Part shown: one piece after another, positions 32,001-47,000 of the stretch
Layout: each line of letters starts with the position of its first letter
How positions within the stretch are numbered: position 1 is the stretch's first letter
Assembly: GCA_934754335.1 (NCBI GenBank)
Contig: CAKVHY010000003.1
Coordinates: forward strand, 419 to 64,418
Direction: 5' to 3'
Length of the DNA: 64,000 nt
From: an uncultured Clostridia bacterium
GTDB lineage: Bacteria; Bacillota; Clostridia; Christensenellales; UBA1242
Position numbers and translations under genes: made by a program
The notes under the pieces: model-generated
Seen by the model: only the letters and a program-made list of their open reading frames with translations
Told to the model about the DNA's origin: nothing
Database searches by the model: none

Positions 32001-35000
32001 AGATAATAGTTTGTATCTCTATATGATTTATCCCAAATGTTATTACCAGCATCGTCAATGCTATTGAAATATGAAATATTTTTGTCTAACAAATCATCAG
32101 TTTGACTATTATTATAGTTATTTGAACCAATGCTTGATGTTCTATAAGTTTTAACTTCATTAATAGTTTCAACCTGAGCACCAAGAACTTCTTGAGTTAC
32201 AATTTCATAAGTTATCTCAACGCCAACCAAATCAACTTTATAATCAATAAATTCGTTTGCATGGAAACTTTGTGAAATTCCGCTATAAGTTCTTGTTTTA
32301 TTTATATAAGCAAGTCCAACCGCAACCAAGGAATCCTTTTTCTCACCAGTTGGGATTTTATTTTCTTCTTCGGCGTCTTTAATGTTTATTTCATAATTTT
32401 TAACAACGCCACCAGTTTCATGATATTTTGCAACCCAATCAGTGTTTACAGTGGAATAACAATCTTTAATTATTCCTGAATTTTCATAAACAAATCCACT
32501 AATAACCAAATCTTGTTTTACAATATCTTTTTGAGTCGTCTCATCTTTTTCTCTTTCAACATTACCTGTAATTTTACCAGTATATGTTACAACCGCACCG
32601 CATCTATAAATATCTGCATTATTTGTTTTCAAGAAACTTGAAACGATTGTTGGATTCTCAACATCATTTGAACCTTTTATATCTCCTGTAACTTCACCGA
32701 ACGTTACACAGTTAAATACTCTTCCGTTGTTCGTTCCGATGAAGTTATGTTCTTTAACATCATTTGAAACCCTAACCGCAAAGCCTGAGATTATACCAGT
32801 GCTTGCTAGGTTTGTAATATTTACAGTTAATACTGGATAATCCTTTCCTCTATTTGCAGAATCTAACGGAGTGTTATTGTTTTTATTAATAGAATTTTTA
32901 TTTCTTCCAACTAACACGCCTTTAAACTCATCAATATCAGAAATTGTAATATCAGTAGTTAAGATATAATAACCAGTATTATTTGCAATTGCATTCTCTG
33001 TTATTTCTTGTGGATTTAACTTAGTTCCTTTTTCAAAACTAAGTTTCCCTAACTCAAATGGAAGTAACATAGTTTTTAAACATGTTGAACGACCCAAAAC
33101 AACTTTTGGTTCTGAATTTGCATCACTAATTTGAGCATCTTCAAATCCTTCACTATTTCCCAGTTTAGTTCCAACAAGTTCAATGAAATCTGCATAGCCA
33201 ATTGCAGTTGTACCATTTTTAGACTTATCTAAATCGGTGTATGAACTATAATCATATGCCTTAGATAATATTTCAGTACTACTAGCAACGTCCTGATATT
33301 TAGCATAGAATTCTAGTACGAAATAAACTTCGCTTGTGTTATCAGTATTGCAAATTGAAGCAATTGTATTTAGATTTGCATTATATGTTTTCTCAACGTT
33401 AACAGGTTCATTTATGCAATAGAATCTTGCAACAGAATAACCTTTCTTAAGTTCAATAGTTGTTAAACTTGCAGAACCAATAATTCCGCCAACATTATTG
33501 AAGAAATTATCTCTTGAATAATAGTAAACATCACCATACTCAATAAAGTTTTCAATCTTAACAACTTTAGCAAAACCTATAAATCCGCCAAGGTTCATCT
33601 CCACAGTATCACTTTGAACTGCTTTTACATCGCCTGCATTATAAACATTTTTGTAAGTTCCGTTATCTGAATAACCAACAAGTCCGCCAAGGTTTATAAT
33701 TCCAACTGAAGAACATGATTCTGAAAGTAATGTAACATTTGTTACACTAACTTCACCAAGGTTAAACATATTTGTAAGTACATTTCCGCTTGCTTTGTTA
33801 TAACCTATCAAACCACCAATATATGCATTATCTTTAGCGTTAACTAAAATACTTGCTTGAATACTTGAATAGTTACCATAATCATTCTTGGATTCTTTAT
33901 TTCCAGAAATAGAAGAATTATCTTGAACGAAACCAACAAGTCCGCCAATGTAATTATAGAAATAATGAGCATTTACTAAAATTTCTGAAACATTTAATGT
34001 ACCCGCTTTTGAATTTACAATATTTGTATTTAAAATGCTTCCCGCAATGCCACCAACATAAATTGAATATGTTGATTTCTTAAGCGTTTCTTCAACACCA
34101 TCTCTTTGAAGATTAATATTCATTCCAGAATTGTTATAAACATTTGTGATTGTGGAATACGCAGAAGATGCCACAACACCACCTATGTAGATATCAAAGT
34201 AAACACCGTATCTTCTCATGTTACTTAAATAATTTGAATTTAAGTCATAATCGGAATTTACATTAATATTTTTAAATTCAATACTACTAATAGAGTTTGA
34301 CGCAGATTTTGCAACAAAACCAGCAAAATTTAAGTCAATCTTATTATTGGTGGTTCTACCATAATTCACAAGTGCATTCAACTTCAATTTATCATCAGAT
34401 TGAATTGAGATATTATATAAACTTGAACTTTGTGCTAGTCCGATAAATCCACCAATTGTGGAAGCAACGCCAGTTCTAATGCTAAGTTCTTGAATACCAT
34501 CATCAACTGTTAATTTAACAATTCCATTATCTTTGCCAACAATATTACTTGCTGTAACTTCACCGAAGATTAAACCGAAGTTATTAACATTATTAAATCC
34601 TTCTTCAATTTCGTTATAAGCCAATTCAAATTTTAAATTGCCATTATTTGATTTAATTGTGAATGTACAATCTTCAATTGTAGATAAATTAACTCTTGTT
34701 GCAATCAAACCAAAATTGCCATTTTCAGAGCCATAAATTTTACCCACATTTCGGCTATTATCAATTTCAATTACGAAATCAATATTACTAATTACCGCAC
34801 CATTAATTTCATTTAACAATGCATAAACGCTATAGTATTCGTCATCAACAACTTGACCAGTCTTTAGAATAACTGTTGGTCTATTTCCATCTTCATCAAC
34901 CATACCAGTTAATACGCCCCTAAATACCGTATTAAATCTAGCAAAGTTTGAACGATTTGAAATCTCTGTTAAGTCAATTACATACTTTCCGCCCTCGTCA

Positions 35001-38000
35001 GTACTTAAAGTATTCATAGTATAGAATCTTGAATTATCTGGTTTAGATAATGCTTCAATTAATTCTTGACTATTTTTGATAGTGGCAAAGTTTGAATAGC
35101 CAGCAAGTTTATATTTAGATAAATATTCATCACTAGATTTCATCCAAACATAATTTTCTCTAGCCTGAGGATTTTCTGGATTAACCAATGAGGCATTAAT
35201 CTTATAACTAATCTTTCTTTGACCATTTTCAATAATATATGAGCCATCAGCATTATATTCATAAACTGTATAAACATTCGTAAATAAGTTTACAGAACTC
35301 ATTTTATCAATTGTTTCATTTGTTGAGCCTGATGGAAGAGTGTCCACATTCTCATAATAGCCTGTAATATTTTGAAGATATAATTGGATTGCAGTTTGCA
35401 TTCCATCTTTTTGGATTATGCTTGAATATTTATAATCTCCAAACACTTCGCCAATTGATTTGCTATTATCTTTTTCAACTTTCACAACTCCATTTGAGAA
35501 TAACTCAGCATTTGCCAAATTGAATGTTGTTACTCTTGAAGTGGTTGGCAACGCTTGATTAATTACGCCATAGTTCATGCTTAGATTTTCATCATCAGCA
35601 CTCCCGCTTGTGGTTAACGTTGCATAAGTTGTTGAAACAACGCCATCAAAGTAATCTCCAAGTTCCCCTTCAACCAAATCATTAACCTTATCTTGCTTGA
35701 TAAATCTATTTTCATCAACCACAGAATTCTCACTATGATTTGTGAATGCACCGGTTGTTGCATTTGTGATGATATTATTATCAACCATAACTGTACCAAC
35801 AAGTGAACCAACATATGTGAATGAGTTTGCATTATTGTTATAACTTAAATTTTTTACACTTGCATCTATATTATAGTAAGTGTATTCATTTTCCTTACCT
35901 GCAACTTGTTGTCTGCCGATTTTTGAATAAGACGTGATTTGTTGGTTTCCAATCTCCGCCATTCTTAACGTAAATTTATAATCAACATTTGCTTCTGTGA
36001 ACAAATGAGAAACGTTATTTTCTAATGCGGTTCTAACTTTTCCGCCCCATTTATTCAATGCAATAACGTGTTCCATATATAAGGCATAATTCAAATCAAA
36101 TTCCTTATTTTGATTTATTGCACCAGCCAAGTAATAGCCCACTGTACCACCGATTACTTCGTTTGCAAATACAGAAGATGTTATATATGAATAACCAATC
36201 AACGTAAAGTTTTCAGCATAACCAATGATACCACCAGCAACCAATGCGTAATCGCTAGTAACTGGAACTTTAACCATTGAATCATAAATTGTACCACCAT
36301 TATTATAACCTGCAACACCACCAATAGAGATAATCTTTCCTTGATAGTTTTCTCCATCAACTGTAAATAATCCGCTAGTTTCTTGCGCTTCATTTACTTT
36401 TCCAAGATTATTCCAATTATTGATTTCCGCATCATAAGTATTTTGCGTTTCATCTTCGAATAGAAGTTGTGCTTTTTCAACTACGCCCCTATTTTCTGCA
36501 ACGATACCACCACCATAATTCTTTGCTTTAATACCAATCTTACTTTCATCAGTATTTGCATAAAGAACCACGTTTGAAACTTTTGAATTACTTCCAAGAT
36601 AACCAAATAATCCACCAGCATTTTCGGCAAATATATCAAATTTCCCGCTTACGGAAATATTTTGAATTGTTGCTTCTGTTTCTTTATAAACCGCCTCATC
36701 AAAATTCTCTGTAACTAAGTTTTTGATTCTCTCACTCTCGTTTACGTTAGTATTACTATCAAGATAAACAATACCTGCAACGGAACCAGCATATGAAAGT
36801 GAACCAATTCTATTACTAATATATGAGTTTAATGAAACTGTATCGCCCTTATTTTCAATATCAACTAAAGTATAGGACGAAATAACAGTGTGATCCATTT
36901 GAGTGGTTGCAAATTTCTTATATATTCCATAAGGATTTGTATACGCACTTGTATAAATTAGATTTTCATAACTTGAACGAACTTTCAAATCAGTAATCTC
37001 AATATCGAATAAGTTAGTTCTATCTGCATTTTCTCCAGTTGTGTCATCTAAGATTAATCCGGAAACACCACCAACCAAGTTCTTTCCTTTAACCACTGCT
37101 GTCTCATCATTTGAAGATGAGATATTAACATTAATAATTGTACTATTATAAATACTACCTGCTAATACGCCTGCTTTATCTGGAGTGGTTTGAACTCCCA
37201 AGTAAGCAACTAAATCAAAATTAACATTCTTAATAACTGCACCTGCATAAGCATCATTTATGCCTAAGCCATCTCTATTATCTTTATTTAAACCAATTTG
37301 GTTAAACAAACCGAAATTATGAGAATTTACTTTTGCTTCAGTGTCGTTTTTAAATGTTAAATTTAAGTTGTTTATATCTAAGCCATTACCTTCGTAATTA
37401 CCTAAGAATATAACTTCTCTTAAAAGCACGCCATTCTTTGGAGTATTCCAAATATTTGTTTCATTAGTTACTGCAAACTCCAAGTCATTGATTTGTCTAA
37501 TATAATTTACCGTACTAACCGCATCTGTTTCAGTTTCGTCAGCAGTTTTACCAAAGACTCTAACAACTTTTTGATTATTATCTATATAGGCTCTAGAATT
37601 TTCAATTATGAAGTTAACAAACTGCTCGGAAGTGCTTACAAGCAATGGATTAACTCTTGTGCCATATTGATAATCGTTCGCATACTCATAATTATATGTG
37701 TACTGAGCACGTTCAACTAATGTTAATTCACTAAAATCCAACTCTGTATTTGTATTTTCATCATAGATAACTTCACCAGTTTTCTCATTAATCATACCAG
37801 TTAAAATTCTATGTGAATATGTGTTAATAATGCTTGTGCTAACAAGTTTTGGACCATTTTTAGTCATAAACCAAACGGAATCCTCATTATTATCTAAGAA
37901 TATAAATCCAACGAAGAAATTTGCCTGATCAAATTCAGAAATCATTTGACCATTTTCGCCATTGATATTTTTAATGCCTGAAATTCCCACAGCCTGCTCA

Positions 38001-41000
38001 TATGGAAGTTCGCTTTCTCCCTCAGCCACAAGATAATATGAATTATCTATAGTCCCTGTACCTGAAGAAGTTTCATCTAGCCATTTATTAAATGCACCAT
38101 GAGCAAGTGAGCCACTATTACCTGCTTTAATTGCAGTGTTGTAACTTGTGGAATAAGCATATTTAATTGAGCCGGAGTTCTCATAAACAAATCCGCTAGA
38201 ATTTGAAGAATGAGTTTTTAATGCAACCGAACTATATGCATTCTCGATTGTTCCTGAGTTCTCATAAACAAATCCACTAACATTATTTTCGCTTGAGATT
38301 GCGAAATCTTGACTTGTTCTATAAGTATTCTCAACAAATTCATAACCCTCAACAAATGAATTTAAAATCTTACCTGCATTTACAACAACGAATGCTCCCG
38401 TTTCATTATTTTCAACGCCTTTATATTTATTCTCAATTCCAACTGCTTTTGCAAAAGTTGAAGAAATGATATTGTTATTAACCACAGCCACTCCTGCAAA
38501 TCTGCCAGAGCCTGCCAATTTAAATGGATTTAATGTTATATCTTCAGTTTCGCCTTTACCATCTTCAATTACTTTATCATCAGCGGTTTCGTTTTTCCAA
38601 CTTATGAAATTGTTATCTATCTCGTTGTTATCTATTGAAATAATATTATTTATGCCCACAAACGAATTTGTGATAGAACCATTATTTATGGCTGTAATTC
38701 CACCAAAAGATAATGTTGTGTTCACGCCATCAATGATACCACTAGTTAGAATATGTAGATTTGAATCGTTAATATCTTCTAAACTAACCACTTTAACATT
38801 TGTAATGCTACCATTATTAATACCAGCCAAAACACCAAAGTTCACATTTTTATTAAATGCTAAATCCAATTTATGGCTAGAAATTGTATTGTTATATGCG
38901 TTTAAATTTTCTGCGATATCTGAACTCGTTACAAAATTATTCAAATATCTATAAACAAGGTTTGTATCGTCTTGAGTATATTTTCTAATATCATCATCGC
39001 TTGTGAATAGCGGACTAATATCAATTGTCATATTTTTAACAATTGGAGTTCCCGTTGCACCAGTGGAAGCATCTGTATATTCAGAAACAATTTCTGTAAA
39101 TAATCCAACGTTTACTTCTGTGCTCAATCCCCTGAAATCTTTCAAGTCAAAACTTTCAATTGTTATCTTATAACCATTACCATCTAATGATGCCATATTG
39201 CCAACTCTTGGAATATAATTTGATAGAGTTATATCATTCATCATTATATAATGTTGACCTTCAACCATACTCTCAAAATCTTTTTGATCATAGATTGGGT
39301 TTGGATGATCATAAGTTGTGTTCTCTTTAACAATTAAATCAAATTCATATTCGATTGTGTAAAGATTGTATCTATAGTTTTCTTCAATACCATCTTCTGT
39401 TTTGTAAGACTTTTCATTATCTTTAATTCTAACTCTATATAAGTCGTTTTCCTTTACAAATCTTTCATCTTCTATATCATCACTAAATGCTCTAATTTCA
39501 CCAAAGCAATCATAGAAATAATCAAATTTAACTAGAATTGTACCAACATTACCAACACTTGTGGCTTTCAATGAATAATAATGGAAATTATATTTTGTAC
39601 CATTTATCACTTTGGTTTTAGTTTCTTGCTTAAAGATAAATCCATTATAGTTACCATCTTTAACAAGTTTTGTTTCAGTAATCTCACCATTACTATCTGT
39701 AACTTTATAATAGAAATTAGCCTTTGAACCAGTTACAAATGTATTTGTTCCATCTTCATCAATATAAATTCCACTAATAGCAAATTGTGCTTTTTCTTTA
39801 TTAGAAAAATCCATCATAGAATATCTTTTTGAAACATCAACAAATTCGCCATAAAGATTTACAAAATCTGCACCGGTATCTGTAGTTTTTTCAAATTCAT
39901 ATAATTGATAGTTATTTATATCATATATTCTATTTTTATATAATAATGTTGTGCAAACTCTATTTTCATAAGAATCATCATTACCCAATATTGCTTTAAT
40001 TTCTTCTAAGTTATAGAATCTTTCAAAAGGAACGTAAATTCTAAAATATGCATATTTTGCAGTATTCCCTGCTTCATAAACAGTAAGATTTAAATAATTT
40101 TTAGCGTTATATTTCCAATAGATTTCATTTTCACCCTTAAATACTCCGCCATTTTCAATCATATATTTAAGACTATAATATCTTTGCTCATTTGCATAAT
40201 AATATTGAACATAATCAAGATAAGAATCGCCTAAAACTGATTTGGCATTAAATGAAATTCCATCAATTTCAAATTGAATATTAAGTTTCTCAAAATCCTC
40301 AATTTTTAACTCTTTCTCATTCTCACCAGTTATAACTAGTTTACTAATTAAATAATATCCCTTGTTTAGCAAGTAATATTGCCCACCAGCAACCATTTCT
40401 TTTAAGTTGATATAAGAATTAGATACGCTATCATATAGATAAACATTATCGCCAACATTGGACAAATCAAAACTTGGATGATTATTCTCATCAAATCTAT
40501 TTTCGATCAAATCTCTATTGTAATAACCAGTTATATTTTTATAAGCATCAACCTTTTTACTATTTTCAATTTCAGCATTTAAGTCAACATAGTTATTATT
40601 AAAGATTACATATGAGCCTTTGCCCTTTTCTGTTTCTTCTTTAAATCCATAGATTTGTCTGAAGATATTTGTACTATCTGAAGAATCTTCTGATGGATTA
40701 ATCAACATCTGCAATCCATTTGAAGTACCATTCAAAACTTCAAAATTATTTGAATCTCCATTGCTTGTTGAACCTGCTAGGGTTACATCTTTAATTTCCA
40801 AAGGCACAACTTGAACAGAAACTTCAGCACTTGTTGGATTAATAACACCATATTTAGAAACTGTTGCCACAATCTTAATCATGGAAGCATTATCGTATAA
40901 ATCATTACTCATTAAGTTGTTATGTTCAAAGAATGTTGTTAAGCAAACTAAATAATATGACTTACCTTCTTCAAACATTCCTGTAAAACCATTGGCTTCA

Positions 41001-44000
41001 GGATCAACGCTCTTTCCTTCATTTTGAATGAACGAATTTAACCCACTTTCATCAACAATAAATAGATAAGGCATATAAGCGTTATTTGCATAAGAAACTG
41101 AAACTTCTACTATGCTATCAAAGTTTTTCGCAGACCAATAAATTTGCTTATAATCACCTGGCTGAATTTCAGTTTTATCATAGAACAACGCACTATTATT
41201 GATATAAACTTCAATTTCAGGCAAAGGTTTTACAATCAATGATTTGGTTAATGTTGAACCAACCTGAGTGCCCTTACTATTATAGGCCTTAATTACTAAA
41301 TTAATTTCTCTTTCGGATTGTTCTAATTTATAACTTTCATCTAAGCCAAATTTTAGGAAGAAAATATCATCAAATATAATCTTATTATCAATATTTTCAT
41401 ATTCGCTTGATGTTTTTTCTAATGTAACAACGCCATTCTCGTCAATTGAAGTTAGGATAGGATAATATCCAATGGTGTGATACAAGCCTTCATTTTGATC
41501 TTCTTGCAATCTTGCTCTAACTTGAGTAATATTCAAATACCTATATAAATCTTTTGAATTTGAATCTAATTCAACAGTAAGATAACTGCAATTACTAAAT
41601 TTCTCAGAAACTTGGATTTTCAATAATCCTGTGTAACCCGGAGACAAGGTTGTTCCCGGATTCTCTGCAAATCCCCCTGCTTCTTCTCTCTCACTTTGGG
41701 AATAGAAAGTGGCAGTAATTTTTTCAGGATCTGATGCTGAAATTACAAAATCATAAGTATCTGTGGCAAATTTATTACTACCAGCCAAGAACTCAACTTT
41801 ATATTTTAATTCGTCAAGATTGAAACTTGTTGCATTTTCTTTATATCTATCTTTGTTAAATCTAAATGTAACATCATAATTGATTATATATTCAGAACTA
41901 CCTGCAATCATCGTTACAAATGCAGTGCTTTGCTCCAAAATAACCAACGAACTATTTTCAATGTTTTTAAATCTTTCAGTAAATGGCTCGTTTTCCAATT
42001 TAACGTCACCAGATTTAACCAAGTTATATTTCTTATTGGTTGTATCGTAATAATAGAAGTTAATTAAAATATCTTCGTTAATAACTGCCAAATAATCTAT
42101 ATTTTCTGAACCATCAGCATTGTATAATTTAACTCCTGCTCCGCTAGTTTTATCCACTAATGCAACATTACCTGTTCTAACCTTAATATTTACTTCATCA
42201 CTACCACTTGGTTGAATTTGAGCATCTTCATTTTCAATAACTATTTGTTTCGCTTTAGCAACAATGTTATAAGCATATTCTTTTCCTAAGTTAGTTAGAG
42301 CCTTAACTTTTTCACCTTCTGCAAGTTCCGTTCTAACATTTACTTTAGTTTCATCGTTCTTAACATAAATTGATTCAAAATCAACAATGCCTTGAACCGT
42401 TTCCAAATTCAAAACTGGAGTTATTTTCAAATAAACTACGCCTATTTTTGTTCCTTTAAAGATTAATGAAGATAAATCATTAATATTACTTATATATATT
42501 AAAGAACCAATATCTGCAATTGTTAAAACTTCACCTGCTTGATTTACTTGAATTTGACCATTTACATTTTCGTCATTTAGATCTTTAGCATCTAAAATTT
42601 CAATGATTGCACCAATATTTTTGTTTGTGTTATAAGCAATCTCACCAGCAACGCCAGCATTGAAAATGTTTACCGCTTCCAACAAATAATTAGAATCTTC
42701 ATCAATATAAATTGTTTCAAAATTTTCAACGCCTTTAGTTAAAGGCTTAACTTCTTCTTTTTTTACATTGATATTATATAATTTAACCTCGCTGAAGCCA
42801 TCTACAACAGCAAAATGCACGGTTGTACTGATTTCAGGATTTAATGTGTGATAGAAAGTTAAATCTACAACACCTGTTCCAACAGTTTCAATTAAATTAC
42901 CTTTAATCTTCAATACTCTTTGGTCAATATCTGAAGATTTAACAGAAATCTCCCCATTTAGAAGCAATTCAACAAAGTTTGTTTTGATTGAAGAACTTGC
43001 ACCACCAAGGTTGATACTAATCAATCTTGAATAATTGTAATTTGTGGCATTACTAAATATTCCATCAACACCAATCAAATATTTGTTATTAACAACATTT
43101 GTAATTCCTTCGTTATTATGGTTATAGAAAAGTACAACATTCTTTTCTGCTGACGAATTATTACTATCAGATAATTCTATATACGCTCTATTATTAAAAC
43201 TTAAGTTATATAAAGAAGCATATAAATTTTCTGGCAAGTAATCATACATAGGAACTAATTTATCATTTATTCTTCTTAGAATGATAGGTTGACCATCATT
43301 TACTTTTTCATTTATAAACCAATCGCCCTTATTGATTGAACCATCAGTTGTATCAAAGCCAGTAAAATCAAAATTATCAACTTTATTAATCGTACTACCA
43401 GCGTTTCCGCCACCATTACTTAAAATCAAGTATTTATTTCCATTCAGATAAGCATAGAATTTTGAAACATTTGCTTTTGTAACGAAGTTTGAAATTTGCT
43501 CTTCATTTTTATTAACTTCATCTAGTCCGTCACATAATCCATATACGCTTGCAGAAATATCTGCTTTTACATAAGAATTATTGATTGAATATGTATTATT
43601 TAATTTTTTTGTTGAAGAAGAACCATCTTCGTTATATACAATAATACTTGGATTCTTCGTCCAAACACCAACCATGCCCGAAACCTTTGGATTATTCACA
43701 TTTGTATAAACACTTGCGTCAAAGTAAGTTTTATCTAAACTAACTGACACTTCTGCACAGCCAACAAGACCTCCAATAGAAACTTCGTCATCTGCCCAAC
43801 CATCATACTTTTTGCCATAGATATTGCCAAAGAAATTTGTACCATCAACATTGCTAGTGTTAAATCCCCTTACATATGTTTCTTGAATGGTTATTTTGGC
43901 CAAATCTTCATTAATCGCACATGCATAACCAATAAGGCCACCAACATTTTGATTTGCAATAATTGAAGATGAATTAACACCTAAGGAATCCATTTCAGAA

Positions 44001-47000
44001 ACCAAGTAAACCTTAGAAGCAGTTAATGTAAGTACACCTTCAACCGCACCGATTACACCGCCAACATTCTTCTTCGCTCTTAAAGTTGGATAAGACGTTA
44101 AGCCAGACAATGTTGCTGAACCGCGTAGGAAACCTACAACTCCCCCAACATTTGCATAGTTAAATTCACCGTTTTCATCAACTACCACGATGCTTGCACT
44201 TGATGTTAAGTCGTAAAGCGATTTGGAAACTCCTGACCTATAGTAAGCATAACCAAGCACACCACCAACATTTATGAATTTGGAAATCGTACCTTTTTGT
44301 TCATTTGCCTGAACTACGATTGCAATGTCACTATTAACATATGAGTCTGTAACATTTGAAGTTTGCTGATATTTACCACCAATATTTGCGTTTACAATTG
44401 TATTTCCATTATTAATATCTGTTGATACAGCCTTACCAACCATACCACCAATATTTATTTGCTTGTAATTTTGGTTGTTATCATTACCAACAAAGTTGTC
44501 CGCCCAATTATTAGCATTTATATTTAAAATACCTTCACTTTTACAATTTAAAATACTTGTAACAGTATAACCTGCAATCCCGCCAATATTCAATGTGCTA
44601 AATTTAACTTTGCTAGCCAAAACAGAATTATCATTTTCTTCAGCCAACTGAGTTACAATCTTCGGCAAATCAGCATTAATATTCATATTAACAGCCAAGT
44701 TTTTAACAATTGCATTTGTGCCTGCAATAAATGGCAACACCGCAATATTTAATTCATTCGTATAAATTAAGTTTGAAATTTGATCATTTTTAATGGCATC
44801 TGCAATATCTTTTTGAGTTATATTCCAAACCACATTTAATGTGCTAAATTTAGAATATGAAACGCCATTATAAACATAATCCAACTTACCATTTAATGAG
44901 AATGTGTCTAAGTCTTCACCATTATTTGTAGCAAACACACCACTAATATCTTTCCAACTCAAGGCGTTATTGTTAGAAAGTGTTAAATCGTTTGTTAAAA
45001 CATAATAGTAGTTATTTTTAGATTTTAAATCTGCATACATCTGTTTTAGATCTGATATTTTTGAAATTTCAAATGCTGTTTCTTCAGATTTACCATCAGC
45101 CACTTTTACTCTTAAAACAACCTTAGTTGAAGCATCAACTGTGTTGCCAATTTGATACATACTATTTTCTGTTTGAATTGTTAAGTATGCAACACCGGCA
45201 GACTTAGGAACAATTTTGATATTATTTGAGTTTATACTACCATCAGCATTAACGCCTTCAACCTCAAATACTTCATTATTAAAATTACTTAGAATTAATC
45301 TGTCTTTAAATACAACAACAGATTCTGTTCTAAGTTCAAGATCAAATGAACTTGCAACATTATTTCTTTTCTCAATATAAACGCCTGTTTCATCAACGTT
45401 TTCTAAGATAATATTCTTAATCTTGTTTGCTCTTTCAATTTTTATATCAACATTTTCAGCACCAACAAGCAAACCAAATTGTTCCAAAGAAACTCTAAAC
45501 TTAATATTTAAAGCATCAGAATAAATCCAATTCTCTAATATTTCTTCAACATCTGAAGCACTTAATTTGCTCAATTTATTAATTTCAATCCATTTATTGG
45601 CAATCATTTTTATTCCGCCAGCACTTGCATCACTGCCATCATAACCAATCAAAGAATAGAAATCAACCAAATTTATAGTTAGAGTTTGCTCATCAAATGT
45701 TGCAATATCACCCAATTTAATTCTCAACACTTCATTATTTGAGAATTTAATTTCTCTAACCACAACATTTTCAAATGAATCAACGCCATATTTACTTTCA
45801 AACAAGTAACCGAATTCAACACCGGCTTTAGTTTCAGTTTTTAGCCCGCCCATGTCTTCAATTGTTGGTTCAACGCTATATTTCAATTGATAACTTGAAT
45901 ACTCGCCTGCTTTATTCATTCCAACTGAGTTATAATCATACAACACAGGTTCAGTTTGACTATTAATTGTAAACTTGCTTAAAGGTTTAAAGCACCAAAC
46001 TTTAATACTTTGAGAGTATTTTACCAATTCATATTTACTTTTTTCTTCATTCCACCTATAACCAGAATAATTAAATGTAATAATTGCTGGTTCTGAAGCA
46101 TTAGTAACCGCACCAGTTGTTACAATCTCTCCATTTTCCCAAGACAAATATTCTGAACCCCTAATTGAAACTGAACAATTAGCAGTTATATCTAATTTTC
46201 TTGAAACTCTATCACCATTCGCATCAATCGTTAGGATATAGTTATACAATTTTAAGCCAATTTTTGTTGGATTTTTAGAGCCCTTATCATTAACCCTTAC
46301 AACCAAATTAGAAATTGTGGAATAAGTTATCTCGCTCCAAATTTCGTTTTCATTTTCGCCATTTCTTTTATTTGGACTATATAAAATTTGTGAATTTAAT
46401 CTACTATCGTTATAAATATCTCCATTTCTAAATACTGAATTATTATCATTCAATTCCATTACAAATGGATATTTTACACCATTATTTTCACCAAAGAAAA
46501 TAGGAATAAACAAGTTACAAATTGATTGAATGCTTACAGTTTTGTAACCTGAAGATGCACTATTAAGTGCATAAATTTTGATTGAAGTTTTTCCAACATT
46601 TGCGTTTGAATTTGGAACAACATACAACTTCGAGCCTTCCGCACTTAATGAAAGAAGTTCTCTATCATATTCAGCATTCTTAATATCAAAATAATCAGCA
46701 ACATTTACATTTTCTTCAGACAAATCAATTAACAAGCAATCGCCTTTATTAGGATATGTAATATCTAAATCTAACTTTGCAATAGCCAAACCCTTTAAAT
46801 CTTCTTGACTCAAAGACTTAATTAGGTTAAGTTTAATAGTTTTACTTAACGAAGTTTCTATTTGTTTGAATGTACCATTTTCTTCTCTTTCACCTGTTGA
46901 AATTCTAAATTCAAAAGAGATTTTAACTGAATATTCATCTAATAAAGCATCAATTTCTTCATTGTTTAAATTATGCTTTATATAGAATAAACTTCCACTT

